The notes beneath the pieces are model-generated. The model was not told where the DNA came from and did no database searches. It saw nothing but the letters and a program-made list of their open reading frames with translations. Below, piece by piece: positions 51,356 through 61,476 of a stretch of DNA of 64,000 nt; position 1 is the stretch's first letter; each line of letters starts with the position of its first letter. The DNA comes from a virus (lineage: Duplodnaviria > Heunggongvirae > Uroviricota > Caudoviricetes): IMG/VR virus record IMGVR_UViG_3300047469_000094; one strand, given 5' to 3'. The position numbers and the translations under genes are program-made.

Positions 51356-54173
51356 CGAGCACCCTGATGTATTCAGGGGCAGTATTGATGTCGAACTTTA
51401 GAACCCGACGCTGCACGCCATCTGCCATTACCGCTCTAGGTTGTACCCCAGAAGAGTCGGCGGAGACGCACCATGGTTCCTCCTTAAGGAGCTCAATGAT
51501 TGCTTTCTTAGAGAACTCCTCACGGGCAGAGTTTACCAGTTCTTTTTCAACAATGCGAAATACTTCTGCAATCCAAACATATAAATTGTCACCATCGACA
51601 CTTACATGGACTCCAGAGATTTTCGGGTGACCTTCTCCAGCCTGCAAGCCCTCTACAACTTGGAAGAACTGAGCCAAGACGTTTTCATCTTCCTGGTCAG
51701 CCTCATCCTCTGCCGAAGCTTGACGGATGTACTCTTTCAGATCGAAACCTGGGAAGTACTTCTCTGCCAAACCTTGACCGAACTCAGCAATCATCGCCCA
51801 GTTAAGGGAAACACGTTGATGGACGCCACGGTCACGCAGTTCAGTCGTGAAGACTTGCATACGTTCTACCATCTCACTCCAGTTGGCTTGAGACGCTTCG
51901 AGAATCCACTCCAGACCAATGGCGGAGAGATCCATTCTGCGACCTTCGATCCAACGGAAGGTGTTCTCCAATTCCCGATCTGCGATTGGGATTCGGATAG
52001 GGATGCAACGTTGACGCAATGCACTATCACTGAACTGATCCTGGCCAGCAAAGATAAACGTAGACAGAACCTTCTGCTCACGAATACCGAACTCTTCCTT
52101 AGTACCCAAGGTACGACCGGAGCGTTGATACCAAGAACGGAACGTGCCGTACATCTCTACAGTATCTTTGTCCGCACGGATCTCATCGATGACAACCGGC
52201 AAGCTTGCGTAGTAGGCCAACTTCCGGAAGAAGCCAACGCTACGTTTCATGCCAGAGATAGTAGTGTAGCCACTGTCACCGGTACCGTAGAGACTTGCCA
52301 ACCACTTAGCGATGTACGTCTTTCCGCGACCATGACGACCCCAAAGGAATAGGAACGGGAAGTCACGACGCCAGTCAAAGATCCGATCTGAGTAAGCATT
52401 GGACTTTGCCCAGGCTAAAGCAGTGAGTGCAACGCCGATATCCCCCAAGTTCTCCGCCAGCTTCTGAACGAAGTCACGTTCAAGCTCTGCACGAGAATCG
52501 CGGTCAAGGTCAATAACCATGTCAGGGATATCTGACTCGGAGCCGCCATGATCGTCGCTGAGAGGCACCGGCTTGATACCTGAGGAAGCGGACCCGCCAA
52601 CCCAGATCACACCGTCATCGCCACGCTTGGAGACGTCACCGGCATCACTCACGAAGCAGTCCCGGAACAACCAGCCATGAAACTCACGCAGGTGACCAAC
52701 CGTGCTTGGCAGGTAGACTTCTTTCTCACTTACGCCTTGATAGACGAAGTCCCAGAGCAGAGCAAGGTCATCTTCCCGGCCATAGAACGAACCGTCGAGG
52801 GCGTTAGCCACCAAGGATTTGAACGACTTAAGGGATACTTTCATGTCCGAGGACACCTTGGTTGGGCGGCTGTGCTTACCGTCTTCACGAACCAATACTA
52901 CTTCTCGTTCACGACGGTCAGACTGGATGTAGATGTTCTTCAACCGGATGACGAAGTTGGTCAGCTTGGACTTGACCGGAACACCTTCTTTGTAGCGGAT
53001 ACGGTAGTAAGCGTTGCCCGCTTCTACGATAGTACCGTTGGCCGAATCACCTTCGGAAGTAGCCACTGCAACGGTAGAACCTGCGATCTCCATCAAGCCT
53101 TGTTGACCAGGAGCCATATCGGCACGAGAGTACTTGGCAATGATTTCCTGGAGATCCTGGCCTGATCGAAGAAGATCGTCGATATCTTCTGCTTTCTTCT
53201 CAGGGTTATCCGAGCGAGGAAGCATCACCTGACTCAGGGACTTGAAGCGCATCTTGGCCTTGAGTACCTTCTCACGGTACTTATCTCCACCATCATCCGG
53301 ATCGAAGATCGTGATGACTTGCTTATCGTGGCAGTTCTCTACGAGCCACTCAACTTGAGCACCAGAGATCTGACCGATACATGCAATGACTGCCCAACCT
53401 TCAGGCAATTGTGCAAGCACAGATAGACGGTCGTTCTCGCCTTCTACCACTACAATAGTGCTAGCCGCTTTTACGGTGTTCTGACCGTAGAAGATCCATT
53501 GCTGGTGCTTGAACTTGTTAGCGACTTGATATTCAAGCTGCTTGGTCGGGTCCTTGAATGTGAAGTGACCAACCTGTCCACCAACCATGTGAGGGTAGAT
53601 GAACGCCTTGCGTGGGAGGAAATCACCCTTGCCAGATTTTGCTACCAGGCCTGTACTTGCCAGCAGCTCGTCTTCGAACCCGACGCTCCGCAAGTAGTCA
53701 ACCAGGCCACCGTCTGACCATCCAATGGCTGCTTGCTCAATGATGTCATCCGAATGACCACGCACCTGGCGTTGGTACTCCGCAGGACTTTTACCCCCAA
53801 GGACCGCATAAGGGTTGGTATCGTCGATGAAGCATTGTCGATAATAGTCCGCTGCAAGTTTGGTAACCTCCCGTATTGCGTTGTAGTTCGAAGGTAACTC
53901 GATGCCGTACTCTTTGGCCAGAGCCCGAGCTGCATCTACCGCAGATACATCGTGTGCCTTTGCGACGAACTCAATTACGTCACCGCCCTCGTCACACGAG
54001 AAGCAGTGCCAGCGTTCACCGCCAGGAGCCACCTTAAAGCAGTCCATGTGCTTACAGAAAGGGCAGGTCTTATCCTCTGGCTCAGACCATTCCCCGGCTT
54101 CGATGAGCGTAATACTGGCTACATCTAGCAGTACCTTGCTCAGCGGAACCTGTGCTTTGATTGTTTCAAACAT
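51330..54173 (-). CDS. DNA primase-helicase (DnaG-type zinc-binding + TOPRIM primase fused to P-loop helicase domain)
   Basis: CHC2 zinc finger CPFCKH..HCFSC, TOPRIM VVVEGENDRLS...DPDDGGD, Walker A GRHGRGKTY in C-terminal half. Confidence 0.85.
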   Translation of the reverse strand: MFETIKAQVPLSKVLLDVASITLIEAGEWSEPEDKTCPFCKHMDCFKVAPGGERWHCFSCDEGGDVIEFVAKAHDVSAVDAARALAKEYGIELPSNYNAIREVTKLAADYYRQCFIDDTNPYAVLGGKSPAEYQRQVRGHSDDIIEQAAIGWSDGGLVDYLRSVGFEDELLASTGLVAKSGKGDFLPRKAFIYPHMVGGQVGHFTFKDPTKQLEYQVANKFKHQQWIFYGQNTVKAASTIVVVEGENDRLSVLAQLPEGWAVIACIGQISGAQVEWLVENCHDKQVITIFDPDDGGDKYREKVLKAKMRFKSLSQVMLPRSDNPEKKAEDIDDLLRSGQDLQEIIAKYSRADMAPGQQGLMEIAGSTVAVATSEGDSANGTIVEAGNAYYRIRYKEGVPVKSKLTNFVIRLKNIYIQSDRREREVVLVREDGKHSRPTKVSSDMKVSLKSFKSLVANALDGSFYGREDDLALLWDFVYQGVSEKEVYLPSTVGHLREFHGWLFRDCFVSDAGDVSKRGDDGVIWVGGSASSGIKPVPLSDDHGGSESDIPDMVIDLDRDSRAELERDFVQKLAENLGDIGVALTALAWAKSNAYSDRIFDWRRDFPFLFLWGRHGRGKTYIAKWLASLYGTGDSGYTTISGMKRSVGFFRKLAYYASLPVVIDEIRADKDTVEMYGTFRSWYQRSGRTLGTKEEFGIREQKVLSTFIFAGQDQFSDSALRQRCIPIRIPIADRELENTFRWIEGRRMDLSAIGLEWILEASQANWSEMVERMQVFTTELRDRGVHQRVSLNWAMIAEFGQGLAEKYFPGFDLKEYIRQASAEDEADQEDENVLAQFFQVVEGLQAGEGHPKISGVHVSVDGDNLYVWIAEVFRIVEKELVNSAREEFSKKAIIELLKEEPWCVSADSSGVQPRAVMADGVQRRVLKFDINTAPEYIRVLGDHNARRA

Positions 54174-54233
54174 TGTGCCGGTATCCTGTTTAACTGAGGT
54201 CAGATAGACCTCGTGGCGTCCTGGATGTTACTC

Positions 54234-54566
54234 TTAAATTCTTACCCTATCAACTGGATCTATGACGCGTAGAACTGTGTACGTTGGAATCTTGCGGACC
54301 AAAGACCTCACTCCTACGTTGGGGAAGAAGTCATTGCCGAACATTCGATAACATCCGTCAATCTCGAAATCAAGTACCGGATGACTAGTTACTAGGCGGA
54401 TCGAAGAGCTCTTAAAGGATGCATTGACAGTAATGCTCAAGGCGTCAACCCCCTCCAGAAATACGCCATCTCTCCAAGCACCACTCCAACTAGGTGCGAC
54501 TATTTTCACCTCTTTCGGATTGCCGCCCCTCTTAACCAATTCCTGTAGGAACTCAAGTATTTTCAT
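54234..54566 (-). CDS. small protein, paralog array 4 (N-terminal EFLQELVKRGG)
   Basis: 110-aa ORF. Confidence 0.55.
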   Translation of the reverse strand: MKILEFLQELVKRGGNPKEVKIVAPSWSGAWRDGVFLEGVDALSITVNASFKSSSIRLVTSHPVLDFEIDGCYRMFGNDFFPNVGVRSLVRKIPTYTVLRVIDPVDRVRI

Positions 54567-54835
54567 CAGACACCTCCAGGCACAATGACTAGGTGAAGAA
54601 CAAACCCCTCGCTTTCGATCAGGGCCGTGCCTTTACCCGGAGACACCTTCGTTACCATCCAGCGCTTTTTAGTAAGTCGATCCTGAAAGCCATTGGCTCT
54701 TTTAAGCCACAGACGTAGACCAGAATCGTGGTGCTCTAGTATCAACTGTTTACACTCGTTGATGACTACGTGGTTACCTAAAAGGTCAATCCCCTTGTCA
54801 TTCAGTCGTTTTTCGAAGTCCGATAAAAGAATCAT
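54566..54835 (-). CDS. small protein, paralog array 4
   Basis: MILLSDFEKRLNDKG... Confidence 0.5.
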   Translation of the reverse strand: MILLSDFEKRLNDKGIDLLGNHVVINECKQLILEHHDSGLRLWLKRANGFQDRLTKKRWMVTKVSPGKGTALIESEGFVLHLVIVPGGV

Positions 54836-54838
54836 GCG

Positions 54839-55075
54839 TCACTCCACCATCAGTATTTTCTGGCCATTCATCTTCTGGTAGCAACGAAGCAGTCGCCAGC
54901 TAGTCACTCTTAAAAGGTGATTGCTGCCACGGGATTCGGAAATCACCTCTAAAGAACCCTTGGAGTTATCGTATACTACCTTAAGAAGATCCCCATCGAA
55001 CTCCAGGTACCAACCAGTTAGAGTATGTCCCTTTAGTTGGAGTTTTTGATAAAACTTACTCAACTGGAATTTCAT
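54839..55075 (-). CDS. small protein, paralog array 4
   Basis: MKFQLSKFYQKLQLKG... Confidence 0.5.
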   Translation of the reverse strand: MKFQLSKFYQKLQLKGHTLTGWYLEFDGDLLKVVYDNSKGSLEVISESRGSNHLLRVTSWRLLRCYQKMNGQKILMVE

Positions 55076-55305
55076 TTCATCACCCAGGCAAACCCACGAA
55101 CCATGTCATATCGCACTGCGATAATATTCCAGTTGTTCATGGTGATCACGATGTCCTGATCTTGGTATCGAATCGTCATATTTTTCTTATGATTCGCTAG
55201 ATCTACGCCGATCACCTTATAGGAATCTTTATCATGGGTCAGATTGGACCCGTTAAGAGAAGCGCCTCTTTCCTGCATCTTCTTCTCGAACTTAAGCAAA
55301 TTCAT
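55072..55305 (-). CDS. small protein, paralog array 4
   Basis: MNLLKFEKKMQERG... Confidence 0.5.
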   Translation of the reverse strand: MNLLKFEKKMQERGASLNGSNLTHDKDSYKVIGVDLANHKKNMTIRYQDQDIVITMNNWNIIAVRYDMVRGFAWVMK

Positions 55306-55368
55306 AGAGCCTCCTATTAGTCTCTACTACTCTTTTACCAATGACTGCCTAAAAGATTGGTAATTGGT

Positions 55369-55659
55369 CTATCGTACTAAAAACCGTATCATCATATGGC
55401 TGTTGTGGACCAGCTTGCTACTTGTAGCAATGGAAATAGAATCCACTATTAAGTTATCTATCATCTTTGCTATGTGAGAAGAGCCACCAGTCTTCACCTC
55501 GACCCTGGTATATCCGGTTCTAGAAGTGATTAGCCTGACGAACTCGTGAGGAGATCGTTGGTCCTGGCTAGTAAGTAGACATCCGCTTAAGTCCCCTCCA
55601 GCCGCCTGAACCCTGCTGAGGAAATCTGCTAGTATTATTCGACTCATTTGAACCTCCAA
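55369..55659 (-). CDS. small protein, family-like (ADFLSRVQAAGG)
   Basis: 96-aa ORF. Confidence 0.5.
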   Translation of the reverse strand: MEVQMSRIILADFLSRVQAAGGDLSGCLLTSQDQRSPHEFVRLITSRTGYTRVEVKTGGSSHIAKMIDNLIVDSISIATSSKLVHNSHMMIRFLVR

Positions 55660-55685
55660 AAGAAAAGCCCCTTTCGGGGCTTCGT

Positions 55686-56654
55686 TTAATCGACCTGTGT
55701 TACCGGAATAAACAACTTCTCGGTATCCTTCTCTAGCTGTCTGAAGGCTAGATGCTGCGGATCGGCCTTATCTTTGCACATCACTCGGTAGTCACACCAC
55801 TTACAGTGGCCACCTGCTTTGTGTTTGAAGAAGCCCAGTTCTTTGACGTTTTCGATGGCGCTATCTACGTTGTACTCCACCATATGGCGAAGACGACCTT
55901 CGATTTGCTCCTTCGTGTGGTAGTCATCGAACTTCACTTCGCCATCAGCGATGAAGTGAATACCAGACTGAGCACCGTTCAGAGGAATGAGACCATGGTG
56001 AATCAGAGGCTTGTAAACCTCCAACTGTTCCTTGAAGTTTTTAACGCTAAGGAAGCCGTTACTGTTCAGAACAGATTTATGGTCAATGATCAGACCGTCG
56101 CCATTCTCCATCTGAATAACTAAGTCCACTACCCCACGGTAGTAAACGTCGTTACCAAAGAAGTCTGCCGGTTCCCAGTTCTTCGTGACGCCCATGCGGA
56201 TTTCACAGAGGAATCGTTTGATAGGGAACTTACGTTCGAAATCATCCAGGCGTTGACGGAAAGCAACGATGTTGTACTCGTTACCGATTACGTACTGATC
56301 CCAGAACTCCTGACCGATTGCATCGAAGTGCTTGCGGTGAGTGATCTTGTAAGCATCGGTAATACTCTTGCCGACAGTTACGTGCTCAAGGATCAAGTGG
56401 AGAGCAGACCCGATATCAGTAACGGGCAGTGACCCATCGACGATACGAGGAACCTTCCACTTAATGATGTAGTTCAGGAAGAACTTAAACGGGCACTGCT
56501 GGAGAAGCTTTTTTTTAGAATAGGACCAGGGGCCTAATCCCTCGCTAGAAATGATTGTATCGGGCCATTCGGCGTTCATTGATTCATCCAAGGGTATCTC
56601 AGGTACCCGCTCAGTTGTCTTAGCCTTTTTCGGGGGCATTTTTATTGCTCCCAA
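55686..56654 (-). CDS. PD-(D/E)XK nuclease, Cas4/RecB-like with C-terminal Cys cluster
   Basis: RGVVDLV...LIIDHKS (D...D-x-K), QLEVYKP (QhxxY), Cys ligands CPFKFF + CKWCDYRVMC; terminator hairpin at 55669-55684. Confidence 0.75.
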   Translation of the reverse strand: MGAIKMPPKKAKTTERVPEIPLDESMNAEWPDTIISSEGLGPWSYSKKKLLQQCPFKFFLNYIIKWKVPRIVDGSLPVTDIGSALHLILEHVTVGKSITDAYKITHRKHFDAIGQEFWDQYVIGNEYNIVAFRQRLDDFERKFPIKRFLCEIRMGVTKNWEPADFFGNDVYYRGVVDLVIQMENGDGLIIDHKSVLNSNGFLSVKNFKEQLEVYKPLIHHGLIPLNGAQSGIHFIADGEVKFDDYHTKEQIEGRLRHMVEYNVDSAIENVKELGFFKHKAGGHCKWCDYRVMCKDKADPQHLAFRQLEKDTEKLFIPVTQVD

Positions 56655-57171
56655 AGTGTAGCGCTACGACATTGCTTGAGCAAGTCTTTTCCTCGTCAGT
56701 CACCAATTCCGAGTGGTACTCTCGGGCGATACGTTCCATCTTTTGACGCAGTTTATCCTGATCACCAGTATTGTAGGTCACGGCATAATCGTAAGCCCCG
56801 GCGTCAAGAACCCCAACACCATCAAACGCCTCCATGAAGAAAGGATCGATGTGCTTGATGTATTCCAGGAAGACTTCTGGGATAGCCAGTTCTTCCTCTT
56901 TCATGGCCGAGATGAGCGCACCGATATACCGGCAGTAGGCATACGTCGAGTCAGTGTAATCGTTGCACTCCTGCTTAGCCTGGACACAACCCAAGTTCAG
57001 CTCAGTAGGGTCAGTCGAGGTAAAAAGACCGCGAATATCGTAGCGGCCTTCGCTGCTGATAAATGCAGAGTTACACGCCCCATGTAGAACAACCCACGGT
57101 GAACCTTTGTCTTCACTAGGGAAACCAACATAGATAGCCCCGGTTGTCATCTTGAACTGATACGGCTTCAT
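56620..57171 (-). CDS. hypothetical protein
   Basis: 183-aa ORF. Confidence 0.5.
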   Translation of the reverse strand: MKPYQFKMTTGAIYVGFPSEDKGSPWVVLHGACNSAFISSEGRYDIRGLFTSTDPTELNLGCVQAKQECNDYTDSTYAYCRYIGALISAMKEEELAIPEVFLEYIKHIDPFFMEAFDGVGVLDAGAYDYAVTYNTGDQDKLRQKMERIAREYHSELVTDEEKTCSSNVVALHFGSNKNAPEKG

Positions 57172-57239
57172 AGAGTAATCCTCGTAGTGGTTAAAAAGAA
57201 AAGCCCCGAATTAACGAGGCTTTTCAAGTACTTCAATTG

Positions 57240-58091
57240 TTACAAGGTGTACTTCTGAGCTTGATCAGATTGCTCCGAGGAAGCGGTTTCCGCAGTAGCT
57301 TCGATCAGACCCTGAGGCGATTCTTCTTCAGCAGGACCGCTCAAGCGTGCTTGTTCGGCACGAGTCGAAGCGATTACTTTGAAGTCGTTCAGGTGAGCCT
57401 TGCGGTCATCGCTGATCTGGTTGAACAGTGCTTCCAGGAACGGACGCAGTTCAGGAGCTACGTTGCCATCTGGCAGGGACACTGGAGTTGCCACCAGAGC
57501 CTCGACGTTCTTGACCTTCTTCGACGATTCAGTCGCCAAAGTGTACTGACGACGGTGGGTAGCAACACCCGCTTTCTTCAGCAGACCTTGGAATTCTACC
57601 CCTTGAGAGTAGTTACTCTTAGAGAAGTTCACCTGGAACAGGTGACGCAGATCAGAAGAGATTACCAGGAACGTTTTGTTCTTTGTACATGCCACTTTGT
57701 TTTCGACAGTGTCGAATACTTGGTGCGGGCAGGTGCGGCAGGCTTGGCCTGTCATGCCCAAGGTTGCATCCGGAGACCAGCACAGGATGCGGTTGTCATC
57801 CTTATCCGGGGACCACATTTGACGGCTATCCCACAGGCGAAGTGGAATGATGGTAAAAGGAGCTTCCATCTTTTCATCGCCGATGACCATGTCGCCAATG
57901 GTGGTACCCTTAGGCAGGGCGCTGCGATCAGTAGTTGCTTGCACAACTTTCATGATCGGTGGCTTCCAGGAGATATCTTCGTCACCAACACCTTCGATCA
58001 CACTCCCCATTTTCTCAAGGAGTTCGAGTGCGTTGTGTGCCAAAGCTTCTGGAAGAGCTTCTGCCAGGGGAATCAGGTTAGTTACATCCAT
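57240..58091 (-). CDS. hypothetical protein (Cys-containing, possibly DNA-metabolism associated)
   Basis: 283-aa ORF; CRTCPH...C motif; lies in replication module. Confidence 0.55.
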   Translation of the reverse strand: MDVTNLIPLAEALPEALAHNALELLEKMGSVIEGVGDEDISWKPPIMKVVQATTDRSALPKGTTIGDMVIGDEKMEAPFTIIPLRLWDSRQMWSPDKDDNRILCWSPDATLGMTGQACRTCPHQVFDTVENKVACTKNKTFLVISSDLRHLFQVNFSKSNYSQGVEFQGLLKKAGVATHRRQYTLATESSKKVKNVEALVATPVSLPDGNVAPELRPFLEALFNQISDDRKAHLNDFKVIASTRAEQARLSGPAEEESPQGLIEATAETASSEQSDQAQKYTL

Positions 58092-58305
58092 TGGTATAGA
58101 CCTTTAAGTTCGTTATTTTTCGTTGTTTGTATCGGTGTGTGTATCTTTGTTTGTAGCCAACTGCATGCACTCCTCAGGGGTTAGGTCCCCCCAGTTGCGC
58201 TTTACTCTCTCTGGCACTACACCAGAGAGTATGAGGGACTCCTCTTCGGAGGTCAACTCGAAACTACCGTTCTTCTCAAGCATCTAAAAGATCTCTTGCA
58301 CTACT

Positions 58306-58314
58306 GTTATACCA
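58306..58314 (-). promoter_or_regulatory. extended -10-like promoter element (minus strand TGGTATAAC + AGTAGTGCAAG)
   Basis: Third copy of 16-nt GGTATAACAGTAGTGC motif. Confidence 0.4.
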
Positions 58315-58318
58315 ACGA

Positions 58319-58519
58319 TCAGGTCTTTTGATTAACGGGTGCGGGAACGTCTACTCGGAGTTTCTTCGAATCCAAGTAAGCGATACGTGCGCCTTTGATC
58401 TGGCTCAATGCACGGTACACCTGATCAAGCTGCCCAACTTCCGAATCCAGTTTTACTGCAAATCCCAGACAGACCTTGGTGTCATCGGTGTCTGGAAGAA
58501 CTACTGTGTTTACGGCCAT
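58319..58519 (-). CDS. hypothetical small protein
   Basis: 66-aa ORF. Confidence 0.4.
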   Translation of the reverse strand: MAVNTVVLPDTDDTKVCLGFAVKLDSEVGQLDQVYRALSQIKGARIAYLDSKKLRVDVPAPVNQKT

Positions 58520-58528
58520 ATAAACCTC

Positions 58529-58557
58529 TTGACATAGTGGCTATTAATTAGTAACTT
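58529..58557 (+). promoter_or_regulatory. candidate sigma70-type promoter (TTGACA - 17 nt - TAACTT) for sigma-factor gene
   Basis: Perfect -35 hexamer, weak -10; A/T-rich TATTAAT within spacer. Confidence 0.3.
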
Positions 58558-58583
58558 CCCGAGTATATCAAGAGAACATCTCA

Positions 58584-59351
58584 ATGTCTACCAGCCTCTA
58601 CTACGACCTTATCAACCGAACGCCGCTTCTTACAAAAGAAGAGGAGAAGGCTCTCCTCGTTACCTTCAAGTCTGAATCGTCTACCGCTCTACAAAAGAAA
58701 CGCGCTCGTGATCGTCTGATCGAGGCCAATCTTCGCTTCGTGTTCAAGACCGCGAAGAAGTATGCACGCCGTTACCCAGCTTCGTTTGAGGATCTTCTCA
58801 GCAGCGGTAACGAAGGTCTTATGGTTGGCGTCGATAAGTATAGCATCGAATCTGGCAATCGCCTTCTGACCTATGCGGGCTGGTGGATTCTCCAGCGCAT
58901 CCTGAAAGAAATGTCCAAGCTTCGTCTTGTCGCCCTGCCTATTTGGAAACAACAACTGGCTGCGAAGATAGCAAGGCTAAAAGAAGGAGATGAAGATATC
59001 ACCTTTGAGCAGATCCTAGCCGCATGCCCAGGACATCCAGAGAAGGACGTCCGGGAGCTTTCAGAGACTGCGTTCCTCACTTGCTTTATCGAAGACTTGT
59101 CGGACACCGAACTGGTGGACATAGAGTTTCAGGTAGAAGATGAAATCGATGATCAGCGCCTCCATCAGCGCATTTCAGAACTCAGCGATATTCACCGCCA
59201 AGTGTTGATGATGTCTCTAGGTTTTGACGATGGTCTGGAGAAGTCTATTAAAGAGATCTCCAAGACCACCGGTCTTACCCGAGATGAAGTCAATGCTCAC
59301 AAACGAGAAGCGTTGGAGACTCTGCGTTCAGGTTATGGCGTAGAGCTATAG
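58584..59351 (+). CDS. RNA polymerase sigma-70-family factor (phage-encoded)
   Basis: Region-2-like DLI..GNEGLMVGVDKY and region-4-like HTH (LS..HRQVLMMSLG...SIKEISKTTGLTRDEV). Confidence 0.8.
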   Translation: MSTSLYYDLINRTPLLTKEEEKALLVTFKSESSTALQKKRARDRLIEANLRFVFKTAKKYARRYPASFEDLLSSGNEGLMVGVDKYSIESGNRLLTYAGWWILQRILKEMSKLRLVALPIWKQQLAAKIARLKEGDEDITFEQILAACPGHPEKDVRELSETAFLTCFIEDLSDTELVDIEFQVEDEIDDQRLHQRISELSDIHRQVLMMSLGFDDGLEKSIKEISKTTGLTRDEVNAHKREALETLRSGYGVEL

Positions 59352-59756
59352 CTCAACTCGTGCCATGAAGGCGAGTCTTCCAAGAGCCTCGCCCTTCCTG
59401 GTTGGCGAACCAATTTTCATAGCAGTAACGAACTCTTCAAGAGCTGCCTTGATGACTCCTGTTGGGGTTTCGATTTGCTGAAACGACCCCTTCTCAACAA
59501 AGGTTGAACGATGAGTTGAGTCGTAGAAGTCCCCCGATGGTGAGGTAATACTTTCAATCCTCGCTGCGTGCATCTCCGCAATCCAGGAAGTGCCGCACGA
59601 ACGACACACGTAGGTTTCTTTAGTCAGCTCTTCGGTACTTCCAGGAAGACAAGAAACCGTAATGCTGTCCGATGTACAGCACTCGTTGATACACACTAAG
59701 TCCGCATAGTAGAGTGATTTCCGTGTACTACTAATTGTTACCTTGAACTCGCTCAT
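59346..59756 (-). CDS. hypothetical Cys-rich protein
   Basis: 136-aa ORF. Confidence 0.5.
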   Translation of the reverse strand: MSEFKVTISSTRKSLYYADLVCINECCTSDSITVSCLPGSTEELTKETYVCRSCGTSWIAEMHAARIESITSPSGDFYDSTHRSTFVEKGSFQQIETPTGVIKAALEEFVTAMKIGSPTRKGEALGRLAFMARVEL

Positions 59757-59962
59757 CCCCGCCTCTCAGTCAACTCCTTGCATGGGACACAAAGTTTGAA
59801 GCCATAAGCACGCCGTGGTTCAGGCATCTCGGCTCCACACTCACATTCTTCAGGACCGTAACCCTCGTCCTCTGGGGCATACTTATGCTGACCGTATTTT
59901 CGGTCGTTAGCGATCAAGTATTCTTGTTCCTGGAGAACTTCCAGGTAAGCGTCTGCGTTCAA
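59753..59962 (-). CDS. TraR/DksA-like C4 zinc-finger small protein
   Basis: CECGAEMPEPRRAYGFKLCVPC (Cx2Cx17Cx2C). Confidence 0.5.
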   Translation of the reverse strand: MNADAYLEVLQEQEYLIANDRKYGQHKYAPEDEGYGPEECECGAEMPEPRRAYGFKLCVPCKELTERRG

Positions 59963-60178
59963 ATTACTGCTCCTAACATCGTTTAGATTATAAATTTAGG
60001 CGATTATTTTAGTCCTAAACGACTCCCTCACACCAGCTAAACGTTAGACCAGTTTGGTCCCCAATACACGTTCTCACCAACTTTAGTTGGTAGGAAACGA
60101 ATCCCAATCCCAGTCTACGGACATATGAACCTTACCTAACGAAAAATGAAAAGCCTAAATAGGCCGGGTTACACTACT

Positions 60179-60187
60179 CTTATACCT
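60179..60187 (-). promoter_or_regulatory. -10-like promoter element (minus strand AGGTATAAG)
   Basis: Motif family member upstream of 59753..59962 operon. Confidence 0.3.
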
Positions 60188-60212
60188 GGGTAGGTAACCC
60201 GGAATTGAACTA

Positions 60213-60857
60213 CTAGACCTTTTCAGTACCAGTAGAGAACTCAACCATCATACGGACGGTTCCATCTTTGTTGTTTGAGAACTGGTGCTGTCGAAGATTC
60301 CACAGCGAGCTGTGAATTCCCGACGAAAAGACCATATGTTGAATGTCACCGACGGTCTTGGCGCTAAACATCGTAGCCAAGCTTGGGGCAGGCACGACAT
60401 CACTCGTACCAAACATAAGCTTCAGATACTTGTCCATGCCCTTCTCGATACGGGCTAAGAAGATATCATCACCTTCCAGAAGCTCTGCCAGACCTTCAGT
60501 ACGTTCCTCCTCATCTTTCTTCGAGAGACAACGGGTACGCTCGATCTCCAAAAGCTTCAGCATGATATCGCTGCGAGCCTTTCGAAGTTCTGCCTCGGGT
60601 ACTTTCACGGGTGGAGTCGAGGTACTACTCACAGTGGTGCTCTCCGTGTAGAAAGGCTTCTTCGTGTTAAACACACTGTCGTACCGGAACGGGTCAATAT
60701 GAGCAGCACTTGCCGTACTAGCAGATATCCTCCGAGAATCCGTAGTTCCGAAATCATTCGGTAGAATAGGCGCTCTCTGTCGAGTAGAGTTGAAGAGCTC
60801 TATCATCTCCTGAGTTATGCTGCCATTGTTTCCAGTATTTGCCATCGTTAAATCCAA
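60213..60857 (-). CDS. hypothetical protein
   Basis: 214-aa ORF. Confidence 0.55.
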   Translation of the reverse strand: MDLTMANTGNNGSITQEMIELFNSTRQRAPILPNDFGTTDSRRISASTASAAHIDPFRYDSVFNTKKPFYTESTTVSSTSTPPVKVPEAELRKARSDIMLKLLEIERTRCLSKKDEEERTEGLAELLEGDDIFLARIEKGMDKYLKLMFGTSDVVPAPSLATMFSAKTVGDIQHMVFSSGIHSSLWNLRQHQFSNNKDGTVRMMVEFSTGTEKV

Positions 60858-60880
60858 GGGCCCCGAAGGACCCGGTTCGG

Positions 60881-61156
60881 TTAGAATTTACCGATCAAGC
60901 CTTGTACGACCTGAGCGGCGTTCAACGACACCGAAGCTTTCTTCGGTTTACGTTTTGGTTTGCCTTCGTTAGCTTTGGACTGCTTCACGGCATTGACAAG
61001 GAGCAGACCTGCGAGGGCAGCGATGAGACCTTTGCTGCTATCGAGGTCGAGAGACTTGCCGAGAACCATGCCGCTGTGACGGCCAGTAACGCGGGCGTAA
61101 GGACGTTTGGTATCTTGGGACATACCAAGGGTGAGGCTGAGACCTGGGGTTTTCAT
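60881..61156 (-). CDS. hypothetical basic protein
   Basis: 91-aa ORF, Lys-rich segment KPKRKPKK. Confidence 0.45.
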   Translation of the reverse strand: MKTPGLSLTLGMSQDTKRPYARVTGRHSGMVLGKSLDLDSSKGLIAALAGLLLVNAVKQSKANEGKPKRKPKKASVSLNAAQVVQGLIGKF

Positions 61157-61176
61157 TTTTGAGCTCTCCGGTGAAA

Positions 61177-61195
61177 TAACAACGGCCCGAAATGG
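61177..61195 (-). terminator. rho-independent terminator
   Basis: CGGCCC-GAAAT-GGGCCG hairpin with T-rich tails. Confidence 0.45.
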
Positions 61196-61206
61196 GCCGT
61201 GTTTTG

Positions 61207-61476
61207 TTACGATGAAAAGAAAATGTACGACGAGTACAACGCATTCCCTAGAAATGCCATTATGAGGTAGAACCTGAAATCATTGTCCACTCTATCTACG
61301 TCGAACAGAAGAGAACCGTCTTCGCAGATAGAGAGGGCGATCAAAAAGGCATATGCAGTACAGATTCCGTAAGTCATCCCATGATGGCGGGCCATGATTA
61401 ATGCGGGGACTAGCAAAAAGAATCGCGTTGAAATGTTGTACGTCACACCTTTTATAACATCCAACGTAGACATCAC
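61207..61476 (-). CDS. hypothetical membrane protein
   Basis: 89-aa ORF, hydrophobic. Confidence 0.45.
   Translation of the reverse strand: MMSTLDVIKGVTYNISTRFFLLVPALIMARHHGMTYGICTAYAFLIALSICEDGSLLFDVDRVDNDFRFYLIMAFLGNALYSSYIFFSS

Noticed and set aside
57237-58184. 315-aa plus-strand ORF
   Set aside because: It is antisense to minus-strand gene 57240..58091. It has Cys/Arg/Leu-rich composition and no RBS. Genes here are on the minus strand, with a terminator downstream in minus sense.
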